Origin: Planctomycetota bacterium
Lineage (GTDB): Bacteria; Planctomycetota; UBA8108; SXIK01
Direction: 5' to 3'
Assembly: GCA_965223265.1 (NCBI GenBank)
Contig: OZ244999.1
Span: 1,120,001 to 1,184,000, forward strand
DNA length: 64,000 nt
Shown here: positions 50,601-59,705 of the stretch, one piece after another
Layout: every line of letters starts with the position of its first letter
Position numbering within the stretch: position 1 is the stretch's first letter
Translations under genes and position numbers: made by a program
Notes under the pieces: generated by a model
The model's database searches: none
What the model was told of the DNA's origin: nothing
What the model saw: only the letters and a program-made list of their open reading frames with translations

Positions 50601-51903
50601 GGCTAGGAACTCGACCGCGCTTGGCTACATCACCGACGTGGCGTTTCATCCTGATGGGAATCGCCTCGTTGCCGTCGCCAGCAAAACACACGGAATCGTC
50701 TGGGACTCCGAGACACTAGAGGTCATCGCTCGTCTGGAGGGTCACACCATGGTGATCCGAGCTGTGGCCTTCAGCCCAGACGGCGCGCTGATCGCGACTG
50801 GCGGTGGCGACACTACACTTCGGCTGTGGGACAGCGAAATGGGAACGCTCGTGGAGACTATCAAAGTCGGGCATCGAATCCGCGGCTTGACGTTCAGCCC
50901 GGACGGGACGCGTTTGGTGGCGGCGCTCGAGGATGCGAGCGTCGGCATCTGGGACCTGGGCAGTCACGATCTACTCTTGCGCCTACGCGGCCACGACAGT
51001 CGAGTCATGTCGGTCGCCTTCAGCCCCGACGGCAAACGCCTGGCGAGCTCCTCCGACGATGGAACGGTGCGCATTTGGGAAACCGAGCTGGAGTCGACGC
51101 GGCGGATGTGGGATGCCGCGAAACGTCGCCGTCGCCTCGAACGACTCGTCGATCGCCTCCTTGAGGAACACCTTCTAGCTGACCGGGTGGTGGCGGCTCT
51201 GCGCAAGGACCCTTCTCTGTCGACGAAGGAACTGAAGGCGGCTGTCCGGATCGCGCACAGCGCTGCAAAATCGCCGGAACAACTCAACCGCGAGAGCTGG
51301 GTCGTAGTGCGGAGTCCAGGCGCAGCGGCCGAGGCGTACGCCCGCGCGCTGAGAAAGGCGGAGGCCGCCGCTACGCTTCAGCCAACAGGCTATGTTTTGA
51401 ACAACCTCGGCGTCGCCCATTACCGCGTCGGGCAATTCGCAGAGGCGATCGATGCCCTGAGGCGCGCCGACGATCAGCATCCGAAGGTGTTCTTGGGAGT
51501 GCGCTTCGGCGCCGACAGAGCCGATGGCGGCGGAGCGTTGATCGGCGTGGTCGAACCGGGGGCAGGGGCCGAACTCGCGGGGCTGCAGGGCGGCGACCTT
51601 GTGACCGAATTTGCCGGCAAGAGCATCGCGTCTGCGCGCGATCTCCGTGACTCGCTTCGTGTTCTCTCCGCGGGTGACTTGGTCCCGGTGAAGGCGCGGC
51701 GGGGCGACAAGACGCTCGAGCTCGACGTCCGACTCGGACCGAACCCAGATCGCGCCTTCAACCTGGCGTTTCTGGCCATGTGCCACAACCAGCTCGGCGA
51801 TGATGACAAAGCGAAGAGTCTGCTCGATGAGTGTCGGCGCATGCTCAAAGTTGACGGCGACTTGAAGGCGTTCCTCTGGGAAGCCGAAGCGCTGATCGAG
51901 TGA
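47656..51903 (+). CDS. Ser/Thr protein kinase with WD40 repeats, TPR and PDZ domains
   Basis: GRGGMGVVY, VALKVL, HPNIV, HRDIKPSN, TDFGLA, GT.AYMAPE, SDLYSLG; TM; ELRGWEW; many GH...V..VAFSPDG...LWD; TPR NNLGVAHYR.G; PDZ FLGV...AGLQ.GD.V. Confidence 0.93.
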   Translation: MKNTEWVDHSERNPVEEFAESFVARYRRGEEPRISEYTEKYPEHAAEIRELFPALPLVERLGAQDNESSANVCEEVATASASAQKALPRQLGEYVILREVGRGGMGVVYEAEQKSLGRRVALKVLPFHRLMDDRRLERFQREARAAAALQHPNIVPVFGVGEEEGVHYYTMQFIPGQSLDEVLNELRVLRNSDGFPSGATDQRRGNQGPGPSTISLLHELLMPSEEGSDGAVPAPSPGGKSRSLSSNTLLESTSDGSDLKYFRNVATLGVHIAEALDYAHGEGVIHRDIKPSNLLLEPAGQVWVTDFGLAKSAESDAVTLSGEVVGTLAYMAPERLEGWSDPRSDLYSLGVTLYELLTLRAAFEDSDRGRLMKRISEEEPKAPRLLEPRLPRDLETVVLKAMEKEPARRYRNMEELAGDLNRYLRSEPLRARRPSVVDRLTKWSRRHQRAVLAALLILVLAFVGLIFSSYRITQEQTLTEKALTERSTALTESQRQAYVANVSRAGMHFHLADPSSARESLDRCPPELRGWEWRHLDARTKANFNLLHTINIGHRRIREPNFSARGNRLVALIDDVVKVWDVQSGELLLSLDDHKQRATQLAFSPEGSRFVSWTREKLRLWRIEDGDLLANATSRLHSWNNLPLRYSPNGELVAMGGPGGEIQLWRPESGQDVTTFIERRPTQGELHWSFTFTPDSRRLVIAFGWDDGKSLNELTITGLTVEVWEVETRKRLSTLTIPRGFIKKIAFDSDARRVAVVGDQSIQVWAARTGTLLAQWRYAHRVTSLAFSPDGRLLSGACVDRKVPLWNSRSGELLATLSGHVRLSRTVAFHPNEPLLVSGSDDGALKLWDIEYADVVPALRGHQGRVDSVTFSPDGLLLASCDHSGVVRIWDAQTGDPVQSCRGHVGVVRSVAFSPDGTILASGGGDTTVRLWQPQTGELLATLRGHDETVWSVVFDPLGRRLLTSSGDESIRLWEVPSGQPLARNSTALGYITDVAFHPDGNRLVAVASKTHGIVWDSETLEVIARLEGHTMVIRAVAFSPDGALIATGGGDTTLRLWDSEMGTLVETIKVGHRIRGLTFSPDGTRLVAALEDASVGIWDLGSHDLLLRLRGHDSRVMSVAFSPDGKRLASSSDDGTVRIWETELESTRRMWDAAKRRRRLERLVDRLLEEHLLADRVVAALRKDPSLSTKELKAAVRIAHSAAKSPEQLNRESWVVVRSPGAAAEAYARALRKAEAAATLQPTGYVLNNLGVAHYRVGQFAEAIDALRRADDQHPKVFLGVRFGADRADGGGALIGVVEPGAGAELAGLQGGDLVTEFAGKSIASARDLRDSLRVLSAGDLVPVKARRGDKTLELDVRLGPNPDRAFNLAFLAMCHNQLGDDDKAKSLLDECRRMLKVDGDLKAFLWEAEALIE

Positions 51904-52011
51904 ACTATGAAGCGACAGGAAGTCGCACCGCGTGTCGCCCTCGACAAAGAGCGCGACAAGGACACTGCCCACGACCGAACCCGCGCAAACGACGAGCTGG
52001 AGGATTCCGTC

Positions 52012-52277
52012 TCAACCCACCTGAACACCCGGCTGACCATTCTCAACCACGAATGACGCCAGTGTGTCGATGGGAGCGTTTGGCGCCGTCACGAACTCGA
52101 CGACGCGGAAGTCGCTACGCCATAGGTCCGGTGTGACCTCGCAGCGAACGTAGCCGCGCTGCGCGTTGAAGAACTTGAAGAAGGGGTTCTCAGAAAGAAC
52201 AGCAGGTGTTTCAGGACGTACCGTGAATCCATCGCCGCTGGAGCTGAGCGACGTGCCGACGAACTCCGCCGCGACGG
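52012..52277 (-). pseudogene. phoD: Truncated second copy of the phoD 3' end (last ~87 codons)
   Basis: [16 protein letters not shown]...[11 protein letters not shown], nearly identical to the phoD C-terminus; no 5' part. Confidence 0.9.
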
Positions 52278-52279
52278 CC

Positions 52280-52561
52280 TCAGTGCACTCGAATCCGCTG
52301 GCCCACAATCGGAACCGGGCCAAGCGACACGGCCGGTGCGTCCGTCAGGGGGTTCGGCTCGATGACGCTGATGGGAAAGCCGTCCGACCCTATTCCCAGA
52401 GTGGTCGCGGGATAAATGTCCAAATCCAAGCTGCCCGAGAACGTGTCGGTATCGATCAGCTCCAAGGTACCGCGAGATTTCTGCAGAGCCGTCAGGGTGC
52501 CGTCGGCATCATAGAGAAACTCGATAGCTGTCAGATGCCAGGCCGTCCAGCCTGCGCGATC
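52280..52561 (-). pseudogene. Orphan C-terminal fragment of an unknown protein
   Basis: Open frame DRAGWTAWHLTAIEFLYDADGTLTALQKSRGTLELIDTDTFSGSLDLDIYP...VGQRIRVH*. Protein-like, but has no credible start and abuts the phoD fragment. Confidence 0.4.
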
Positions 52562-52563
52562 GC

Positions 52564-54993
52564 GTGACGCGTCTGCTCGTCCCCGGCTACCGGCCGGGCT
52601 TATGCCTGTCGTGGTACGCGATCGGCGCGACGCTCATCGCCTCCGCGGCGGTGCTCCTTGCGCTTTGGTCCGGGGTGAGCGGCGTTGTGCAGATCGGGGC
52701 GCAGATCCTGACTCCGCAGGAGCGCATCCGGCGCGTCGCGGAGGTGGAAGAGACGCACGGCAATGGCGCCGCGCTCGACGACAAGCACGGCTACATTCTG
52801 CACGGGGTGTTGCGAACCGATGATGGAGAGCCGATTCCCGAAGGCTCTCGCGTCTCCCTGATTTCGTCGCGACGCGGGGTCACGGCGACTTTTCGCGCCG
52901 CTCTCGAAGACGACCGTTTCTCGGGCTGGGTGAGCGCAGGGCAGGTGTTCGTTCGCGCCGACGCGCCCGGATACGCGGTCGAATTGGCCGGTCCCTTCGA
53001 ACCAAGCATCGAGGGGCTCCCCGAGGCCGCCGTCGTGCTGCGCCGCGGGTTCACGGCGACGATCCGCGTCGTCGACGCCGCGGGCTCGCCGCTGCAAGGC
53101 GCAACGATCACCGCCTCACTCCAAAATCCCGTCAACGCCTCCACGCCTCTCTTCGCGACAGTGGCGAGCGATGGGAACGGCGTCGCCCTCATTGAGCACT
53201 GCTCCGCGTTGGAGACACAGCTCACCGCGAGCGCTCCAGGATACGCACAGGACCGAAAAGACGAGGTCCGTCTCAGTCCCGACGAGCCGCTCACTTGGAC
53301 GCTGCGCCCGGCGAAGATTACTCGCGGGGTCGTCGTCCGCCACCCGGACGGTCAACCGGTCGTCGACGCCGTGATACGCATCGCTGTTGTAAGCGGCCCG
53401 GCTCCTTCTTCTTATGCTCCCGACGGTAACGCTCCCGAGATCGCGCGCACGAACGAAAAGGGAGAATTCTCCCTCACTTCGCTACGCTCCGACAGCTTCT
53501 ACCACCTGCTGGTGGACGCTCCGGGTCGCGAACGCCAACTCCTGCGCGAAGTGGGGGCTGGACAAGAAGAGCTGCGTGTGGCGCTGGGTCCCGAGCTCTA
53601 TGTGCGCGGTACGGTCGTCGGATCACCCGAACGGGTCAAGAACTTGATTTTGAACTGCAACAGTCCGATTCACGTTCGTAGCAGAGTGTACCGCACGGGA
53701 AGAGACGTGGAACTCACCCGACAGGACGACAAGATCTCTTTCGAGATTCGCGATGTCCTCCGCGGCAAGCTTGAGATTACCGGCGGCAACCACGGCATCG
53801 AGCTTGACGTGACAGAGCCGATCGACGACCTCGTTTACGACCTCACTGAGAAAAAGCCGAAGCCCAGACCGCGACAGCGGATCACGCTTGTTTTGGAAGC
53901 ACCGGCTGGTCACCCGCCACCGGAGGGCATAGTGATCGCGCAGAGTTTTCCGACGCCTCGTGGGAAGAGTGTCATCCATAGAGATGTATCGATTGAGGAT
54001 GGGCGTGCCGAAATCGAGGTCTACGTTCCGGGGCGCTTGGTCGTCCAGAGGAAGAAACTTGCGGGCTACGCGTTCGAAGATCATCAAGTCCACCTCGATG
54101 CGAACACCTCGTCGTCCACCGTTACGGTTCCTGTCAGTGCGTCGGGCGCGATCTACGGTCACGTCGTATCGCCGACTGGATCGGTGGCGCTCGAGAGTGT
54201 GAACATCAGCTGCTACGAGCGCGACAAGCCTGAACAGGGGCAGCGCTTGACTGTACACGAAATCGACGTCGATGCCGACGGCTCTTTCGTCGTGCCATCG
54301 CTACCGCTCGGCAAAAAGTACGTCGTCATCGCACAACACGAAAAGTACAGAACGCCGAGTGCGCCGATCGATCTAGACAAGACACAGCCACTCCGCGAGA
54401 TCCGCATCGAGATAGGCGACGGAGTCGAGGTCGAAGGACGGCTCGTCGGACCGAATGGCGAGCCGCTCTCTCGAGTCGCGGTCGAGCTCCGGCTGAAGCA
54501 TGAGGTGTTCGGCACCGGCTGGGGGCCGCCGGCGTACACAACTCCGGACGGAGTCTTTCGACTCGGAAAGGCCAACCCGGAGCTCGACTACACGGTTACC
54601 ATCCAGTCGCGCCGCGACTATCAGCCCGCCACGCTCGAATTCCGTCGGGATGGGAGGCGGATGCAGGTGACGCTGCAGAAAGGCTCCGTCTTAGAGGGCC
54701 AATTGCTCGAGGAGTCGACGGGCTGGCCGATCCCTGGCGCCAAGGTCTACGTCCTCCACCCCACCGAAGATGGCGAATCGGGTCTCGTCTACGACGCCGA
54801 GAAAGAAACCGACGCGCGGGGCCGCTTTCGCTTCAGCAACCTGCCGAACGAGCCGGTGGCCGTGTCGGTGCGGCTCGTGAACAGCTTCGGCTCGAGTCAG
54901 GTGACACCCGGATCGGACGTTCCTCTCGAGATTCGAGGTCGCATTCCGAAAGGCAGTCCGCTGAAGGCGTTCCCGCCCGGCGACTCGCCGTGA
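52564..54993 (+). CDS. Membrane-anchored carboxypeptidase-regulatory-like (prealbumin-fold) repeat protein, possibly 5'-truncated
   Basis: Repeated G.V....G.P..GA.V ... TD..G.F...L ... A.APGYA units; N-terminal TM; weak start context. Confidence 0.8.
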   Translation: MTRLLVPGYRPGLCLSWYAIGATLIASAAVLLALWSGVSGVVQIGAQILTPQERIRRVAEVEETHGNGAALDDKHGYILHGVLRTDDGEPIPEGSRVSLISSRRGVTATFRAALEDDRFSGWVSAGQVFVRADAPGYAVELAGPFEPSIEGLPEAAVVLRRGFTATIRVVDAAGSPLQGATITASLQNPVNASTPLFATVASDGNGVALIEHCSALETQLTASAPGYAQDRKDEVRLSPDEPLTWTLRPAKITRGVVVRHPDGQPVVDAVIRIAVVSGPAPSSYAPDGNAPEIARTNEKGEFSLTSLRSDSFYHLLVDAPGRERQLLREVGAGQEELRVALGPELYVRGTVVGSPERVKNLILNCNSPIHVRSRVYRTGRDVELTRQDDKISFEIRDVLRGKLEITGGNHGIELDVTEPIDDLVYDLTEKKPKPRPRQRITLVLEAPAGHPPPEGIVIAQSFPTPRGKSVIHRDVSIEDGRAEIEVYVPGRLVVQRKKLAGYAFEDHQVHLDANTSSSTVTVPVSASGAIYGHVVSPTGSVALESVNISCYERDKPEQGQRLTVHEIDVDADGSFVVPSLPLGKKYVVIAQHEKYRTPSAPIDLDKTQPLREIRIEIGDGVEVEGRLVGPNGEPLSRVAVELRLKHEVFGTGWGPPAYTTPDGVFRLGKANPELDYTVTIQSRRDYQPATLEFRRDGRRMQVTLQKGSVLEGQLLEESTGWPIPGAKVYVLHPTEDGESGLVYDAEKETDARGRFRFSNLPNEPVAVSVRLVNSFGSSQVTPGSDVPLEIRGRIPKGSPLKAFPPGDSP

Positions 54994-55188
54994 GCGCGGA
55001 TCGGGTCGTGACTACGAATCTTTGGGCTGCGCAGCTTCCTACGTCTACCTTCACACATGAAGGCGTACCGCGAGAATCTCGTTCCACCATCGTGGCAATA
55101 CAACGTGCCCTTGCTCCCCGGGCCGGCGAGCAGTATAACGCCCCCTCGGGGTGTTACTGCATAGCCACCACTTTCGAGATTCACGATC

Positions 55189-55770
55189 ATGACGTTTCGA
55201 TGTCTTCTGCTTTTCGCCGTTGTCGTTTTGGTCAGCTGTTCTACCGCGGACCCCCGCTTGGAAGGGAGCAAGACGAGGCCCTACGGTGGTAAGCCCCATA
55301 GGATCCCGGGCACGATCGAAGCGGAGCACTACGATGAGGGTGCGCCTGGAGAAGCCTATCTCGACGTCGACGAAAAGAACCACGGTGCGCCGTATCGCGA
55401 CGAGACTCAGGTCGACATCGAGCCGCGCCCCGACGCCTCGAACGGTTACGGCATCGGCTGGATTAAGGCCGGCGAGTGGGTGCTTTACACGGTCGATATT
55501 CGCGAGGCGGGCCGCTACATCGTGGAGATACCAGCGGCGTCGGCCAAGGAGGGTGGAACGTTTCACCTTGAGCTCGACGGCCGGCCCATCACCGGACCGA
55601 TCCACGTGGCGAGCACGGGCAGTTGGAAGAAACTGGGGACGCTCAAGGCCGAGACCGTGTCACTCAGCACCGGTGTCCAGCGCCTGAAGGTTGTGATGGA
55701 CACTGAAGGCGCTGAAACCAACTGGGTCGCCGACATCGACCTGTTGCGTTTCACGAGAGTGGAGCGCTAG
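55189..55770 (+). CDS. CBM6-like carbohydrate-binding lipoprotein
   Basis: Lipobox LVSC; PY.G.P..IPG.IEAE.YD.G..G.AY.D, YR....VDI, GWI.AGEW..YTV, STG.W. Confidence 0.85.
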   Translation: MTFRCLLLFAVVVLVSCSTADPRLEGSKTRPYGGKPHRIPGTIEAEHYDEGAPGEAYLDVDEKNHGAPYRDETQVDIEPRPDASNGYGIGWIKAGEWVLYTVDIREAGRYIVEIPAASAKEGGTFHLELDGRPITGPIHVASTGSWKKLGTLKAETVSLSTGVQRLKVVMDTEGAETNWVADIDLLRFTRVER

Positions 55771-55949
55771 CGGACGCGCGCTTCGCGAACTTCTGGCGGG
55801 AGCGTCTGCTATCTCGGCCGCACGCAGAGCACTGCTCGAAACCGAGGATCGAGTCTTTTCACCATTTCCGATTCTCGAGCTGCTCTTTGAGCGGAGAGAA
55901 CGCGAGAGGCATTTTGGCGGCGTCAAGAAAGAGCGAGGGCGGGACGCTG

Positions 55950-57221
55950 TCACTCGCGCAGCGAATTTGCGGGTGGCCGCTCCCGGGGAATTCGATTCTT
56001 CAGGTCGCCGAGCCACGGCCACAACGTCCTCTCGTTCAAGTCCACCTCGACGACGACCACCGGCTCCGCGTTCGATCCCTCTTTGACTAGAGTTCCCTCC
56101 TTGTCGAAGACCGCGGTTTTCATGTGGTAGCTCGATGTGACCAAGTGCACCTGGTTCTCGATGGCGCGCGCCTTCGTAAGGGTCAGGTTTCCACCCCAGA
56201 TCGGTATGAGGATCACCTCGGCGCCTTTTCGCGCCAGCACCTGCGCCGGCTCCGCGAAGTGGACGTCCCAGCAGATCATCAGACCGATGCGGCCGAAGTC
56301 GACGTCGAAGACCGGAAACACCTCGCCTGGCGTGATGCCGCCTTCAATTTCTTCGCGTGGCAAGCAGACCTTACGGTAGCGTCCGATGAGTTCACCGCGT
56401 CGATCGATCAGGACCGCTGTGTTGTAGACGGTCGGGCCAACGCGCTCGAAGAGGCCCGCTACGATGTAAAGCGCATGCTCTTTCGCTTTCTCGCCGAGGC
56501 GACGCGTCGTGGGTCCAGGAATCGACTCAGCGACGTCGACGTACGTCTTCTTCGTACCAGCGAGCGTGATCCCCTCTGGAAGGCAGACGATGTCTGCTCT
56601 CTTCGCCGCCGCCTGCGCGATCAACTCGCAGAATTCCTCGACGTTTTCCTCGGGGCCCGTGCCTTTGGGATGGCGGTGAATGGAGGCGAGGCGCACGCGG
56701 CGCGCCGCTGGTTTCTCCACCTTCGCCATCGTCGTGCCCCCGAAGTGGACGCTCCCGTTAGCGTCCCACCGAAAGACGAGTTCGACGTCAGCTCGAGCGG
56801 CACCTGGCGGTACCTCATACGTTTGACGGAGAACGCTCCAATCGGTCTCGGAGGTGCCGGACGTGCGAGCCAGCGTTGCGGGGTACTCCGTTCGACGAAC
56901 GCGTTTCTCCATTTCGTCGCGCCATATGATCCGAGCTAGCACGGAACGTAGAGGCTCGTCGACGTTCTTTGCGAAGTAGTGCGTCTCGAATCGGTAGTGC
57001 GTCCCTGGTTCAACGGCAAAGCGCTTGGACCAGTGACCGTTTGCGGCCGCAAGTCCCCGTCCCGCTAGCGCCAGTGTCGGTTTGCCGGCGAAGAGGATCG
57101 TCTCATCCTTCCAAGCACGCGGAGCGATCTCCTCGCGAGGCGAAGCGAACCGCCAGGCGGAATGCTCAGGCGAAGGAGCTCCAAGCGAGAGAGCCAGAAT
57201 GAACGACATGGTGACGGACAT
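55950..57221 (-). CDS. Secreted carbon-nitrogen hydrolase (nitrilase superfamily) with an N-terminal CBM-like domain
   Basis: Signal peptide; catalytic E-K-C in CLPE, YRK, ICWD; ARAIEN. Confidence 0.88.
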   Translation of the reverse strand: MSVTMSFILALSLGAPSPEHSAWRFASPREEIAPRAWKDETILFAGKPTLALAGRGLAAANGHWSKRFAVEPGTHYRFETHYFAKNVDEPLRSVLARIIWRDEMEKRVRRTEYPATLARTSGTSETDWSVLRQTYEVPPGAARADVELVFRWDANGSVHFGGTTMAKVEKPAARRVRLASIHRHPKGTGPEENVEEFCELIAQAAAKRADIVCLPEGITLAGTKKTYVDVAESIPGPTTRRLGEKAKEHALYIVAGLFERVGPTVYNTAVLIDRRGELIGRYRKVCLPREEIEGGITPGEVFPVFDVDFGRIGLMICWDVHFAEPAQVLARKGAEVILIPIWGGNLTLTKARAIENQVHLVTSSYHMKTAVFDKEGTLVKEGSNAEPVVVVEVDLNERTLWPWLGDLKNRIPRERPPANSLRE

Positions 57222-57306
57222 GTGTACGCCCCTTTCTGAGAGGTGAGGTAGACTATGTTCTACTTAAGGTATGGACGTCGTTTGGTCGCCTCAGCGCCTC
57301 CACTAG

Positions 57307-58905
57307 CTACTCGGTGTCCCAGCAACCAACGACCCACGAATCAGCACCTTGCCCGTTGGCCGAACCGGTGAGAAGCGAGTTTCCATGAGTCGCGATGTAG
57401 GCGCTCTGCCAGCCTCGAAACCCGAGCGGAATCTCGCGCAGAACGTTTCCCGTCGCGATCTCTATGATGAGAACCTTCGCTTGGGAGCTCCTGTCCTCGC
57501 GGGATGGGCGCAGCACGACCGCGAATCGTCGCTCGTCGAGCACGACGGCGTCGGCGGCAGTCTGCGATAGCGGAATCTCATGGAGTCGCGAGAGAGTTTC
57601 GGAGTCGACCACTCTTAGAGCGCCTTCGTTCCTTTTTGTCGAGACAGCATATGCAAGCAGCTCGTCGTTGAGCGGAGTCATGAACGGCTCGAACATCGTG
57701 CGCCCAGTGCAGTCGTCTACGGTCGTCGGGTCGCCGAGGTCGGGAAGGGACAGCCGAATGAGGAGATTGAAGCTCGTGCCCAACAAAAATACCGAGCGTC
57801 CGACAGCAGCTACCTGCAGCATGCTTGGCACTTCGTATGACTTTTCATTTTCCATTCGTCCCTCAACGTAGTGCGTCGCAGCAGGTGTTTGCCCCGGCGG
57901 ATTTGCGCACGCGTAAACCACGCCCAGATCGTCGTCGGTCGCGGTCGCAATCACCTCACTCCCGGAAAACGCGAGGCGCGTATAGACCGGACCTGGTACC
58001 CAGTCAGCCCACCAGAGAACTCGCCCAGTAGAGCATTCGACGTTGTACAAGCAGCCGCCTTCGGTGCCGAAGGCCACCGCGTCTTCGCCGGTACGCGTCG
58101 GCGGCGCCGTAACACGTCCCTTGACGTCGACGCTCCAGAGCGTTTCACCAGAATCGCACGCGAGGCCATAGACACTCGGCGCGTCTCCAGCCACGACGAC
58201 AGCCGAGGGCGTGGGTGTGACCAGCATTGCTCCAGTCGACCACTGCCGCGTCCAGACGACCGAGCCCGTAGGAAGTTCCAGGCACGCGATGGAATCCGAA
58301 GCGGACAAGAAGACCCTATCGTCTAAAGCGGTGACCGGACTTTGCGTGTTGAGGTGTGCAGAGGTTTGTATCGCCCAGCGAAGTCCCGTCTTATCAGGAA
58401 ATGGCGCTCTTGACAGCGGCAGGAGTGACACGACCTGGTCGAGGGAATCCGCAGGAGAAGAAGGGCGATACTTGTCCGGGTCGTACACGCGGTCGTCCGT
58501 TTCACACCAAATGCCGAAAGGCGACAACTCGGGAAATGCGTCTACGATCGGTAGCAAATCGCGGGGCGACGGCTTGCGGAAGCGAATCTTTTCGACCGGG
58601 TCTCCCCAGAAAGTCATGTCTATAAATCGCCCGTCGTCAGCGTGGACCTGAACGCTCCAGTGTTTGGGAATCTCAAGGGAGAGCGGACTCGCCGACAAGT
58701 CTCCTTCCTTTAGTTCACTGACGCCTTCCTCGACGTCGGAACTCACCAAGTCCACCCCGTACACCTTCGATTCGAGAAGCCGTTTTTGTACCTTCTTCAC
58801 GGAACCGAATGTGAGGCCCTTCGTCAGTTCCTCGAGCAGCTCGATGCTCTCGCCGTCATCGCCGACAGCTCTGTGCAGACGGAAGAGCGTGTAATTCACT
58901 CCCAT
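57307..58905 (-). CDS. PQQ-like (BamB-type) beta-propeller protein with an unknown N-terminal domain
   Basis: Repeats CLE..TG.VVW, GLA.DSGE.LW, NVE.STG.VLW; ~160 aa unassigned N-terminus; no signal peptide. Confidence 0.7.
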   Translation of the reverse strand: MGVNYTLFRLHRAVGDDGESIELLEELTKGLTFGSVKKVQKRLLESKVYGVDLVSSDVEEGVSELKEGDLSASPLSLEIPKHWSVQVHADDGRFIDMTFWGDPVEKIRFRKPSPRDLLPIVDAFPELSPFGIWCETDDRVYDPDKYRPSSPADSLDQVVSLLPLSRAPFPDKTGLRWAIQTSAHLNTQSPVTALDDRVFLSASDSIACLELPTGSVVWTRQWSTGAMLVTPTPSAVVVAGDAPSVYGLACDSGETLWSVDVKGRVTAPPTRTGEDAVAFGTEGGCLYNVECSTGRVLWWADWVPGPVYTRLAFSGSEVIATATDDDLGVVYACANPPGQTPAATHYVEGRMENEKSYEVPSMLQVAAVGRSVFLLGTSFNLLIRLSLPDLGDPTTVDDCTGRTMFEPFMTPLNDELLAYAVSTKRNEGALRVVDSETLSRLHEIPLSQTAADAVVLDERRFAVVLRPSREDRSSQAKVLIIEIATGNVLREIPLGFRGWQSAYIATHGNSLLTGSANGQGADSWVVGCWDTE

Positions 58906-59015
58906 CGCTTCCTCGTCTGAGTGACCGTGGGTGAGAGTGGCATTTCTATATCGTGGCCGTTTACCGCGGATCGAAACGTCGGTGGCCTCGGTATCGACGA
59001 CTCAGGTCCACCGCT

Positions 59016-59315
59016 TCATCGACGCTTCTTAGACGCATAGTCTAACTCATCGAGATCGAAGACCGCCGTCCAGCACCCATGCGTGGCGTCGAACGTGACC
59101 GTGGCGTCTACTTCGAGACGGTCTGGATTGCCGTATTCGTCAACATCGTCCGGTTGGTACAGTGTGACCAGCAGACCCTCGGATAGCTCAAGATCAAGTC
59201 GTTGCAGATCCTCGATTGTTCCGCGGCAGACCAGCGGAGCGACCCCAGGCCCGCCAGGGACTCCGATAAGCGCGTTGAAATCATGATACAGTTCCAAGCG
59301 TTTTAGGTCCGACAT
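59016..59315 (-). CDS. Small acidic hypothetical protein (possible immunity protein)
   Basis: 99 aa; LY.DFN...L.C.GT.EDL.R..L.L.EG..V.LY...LEV.A.V.F......W.A..D pattern of a conserved hypothetical family. Confidence 0.6.
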   Translation of the reverse strand: MSDLKRLELYHDFNALIGVPGGPGVAPLVCRGTIEDLQRLDLELSEGLLVTLYQPDDVDEYGNPDRLEVDATVTFDATHGCWTAVFDLDELDYASKKRR

Positions 59316-59705
59316 GTCAAGTCGTACGCAAGTGACTTATTCATACTCAAGATCTCTTTTTTCTCTTGGTCGTTTAGTTTCTACACCCGATTCCATTGCT
59401 CGTTCGCTTTGCGCGGAGCTACAGACCTAGGACATCATCCCGGAGGGTAACGCACGCGTCAACACGGGTTGGTAGGTCCTCCTCATTGATCGAACTCGCT
59501 TGCGGGGACGAGGGAGCCAGCAGCATTGAGCTTCGGTGCTTTCGAGTTCGCCGTTCAGAATGAAGAACAGTTTCTCTCGCCGAAGTGTTTCGTAGCGGTC
59601 AAAAAAATGCGTCATTCTACCGGCCCGTTTATGATGGCTTTGCGATCGAGCTCGTCACCGACGAGCCGAATGCTGGAAGAGTCTCTTGAACGTTCTGGGA
59701 CGCGG

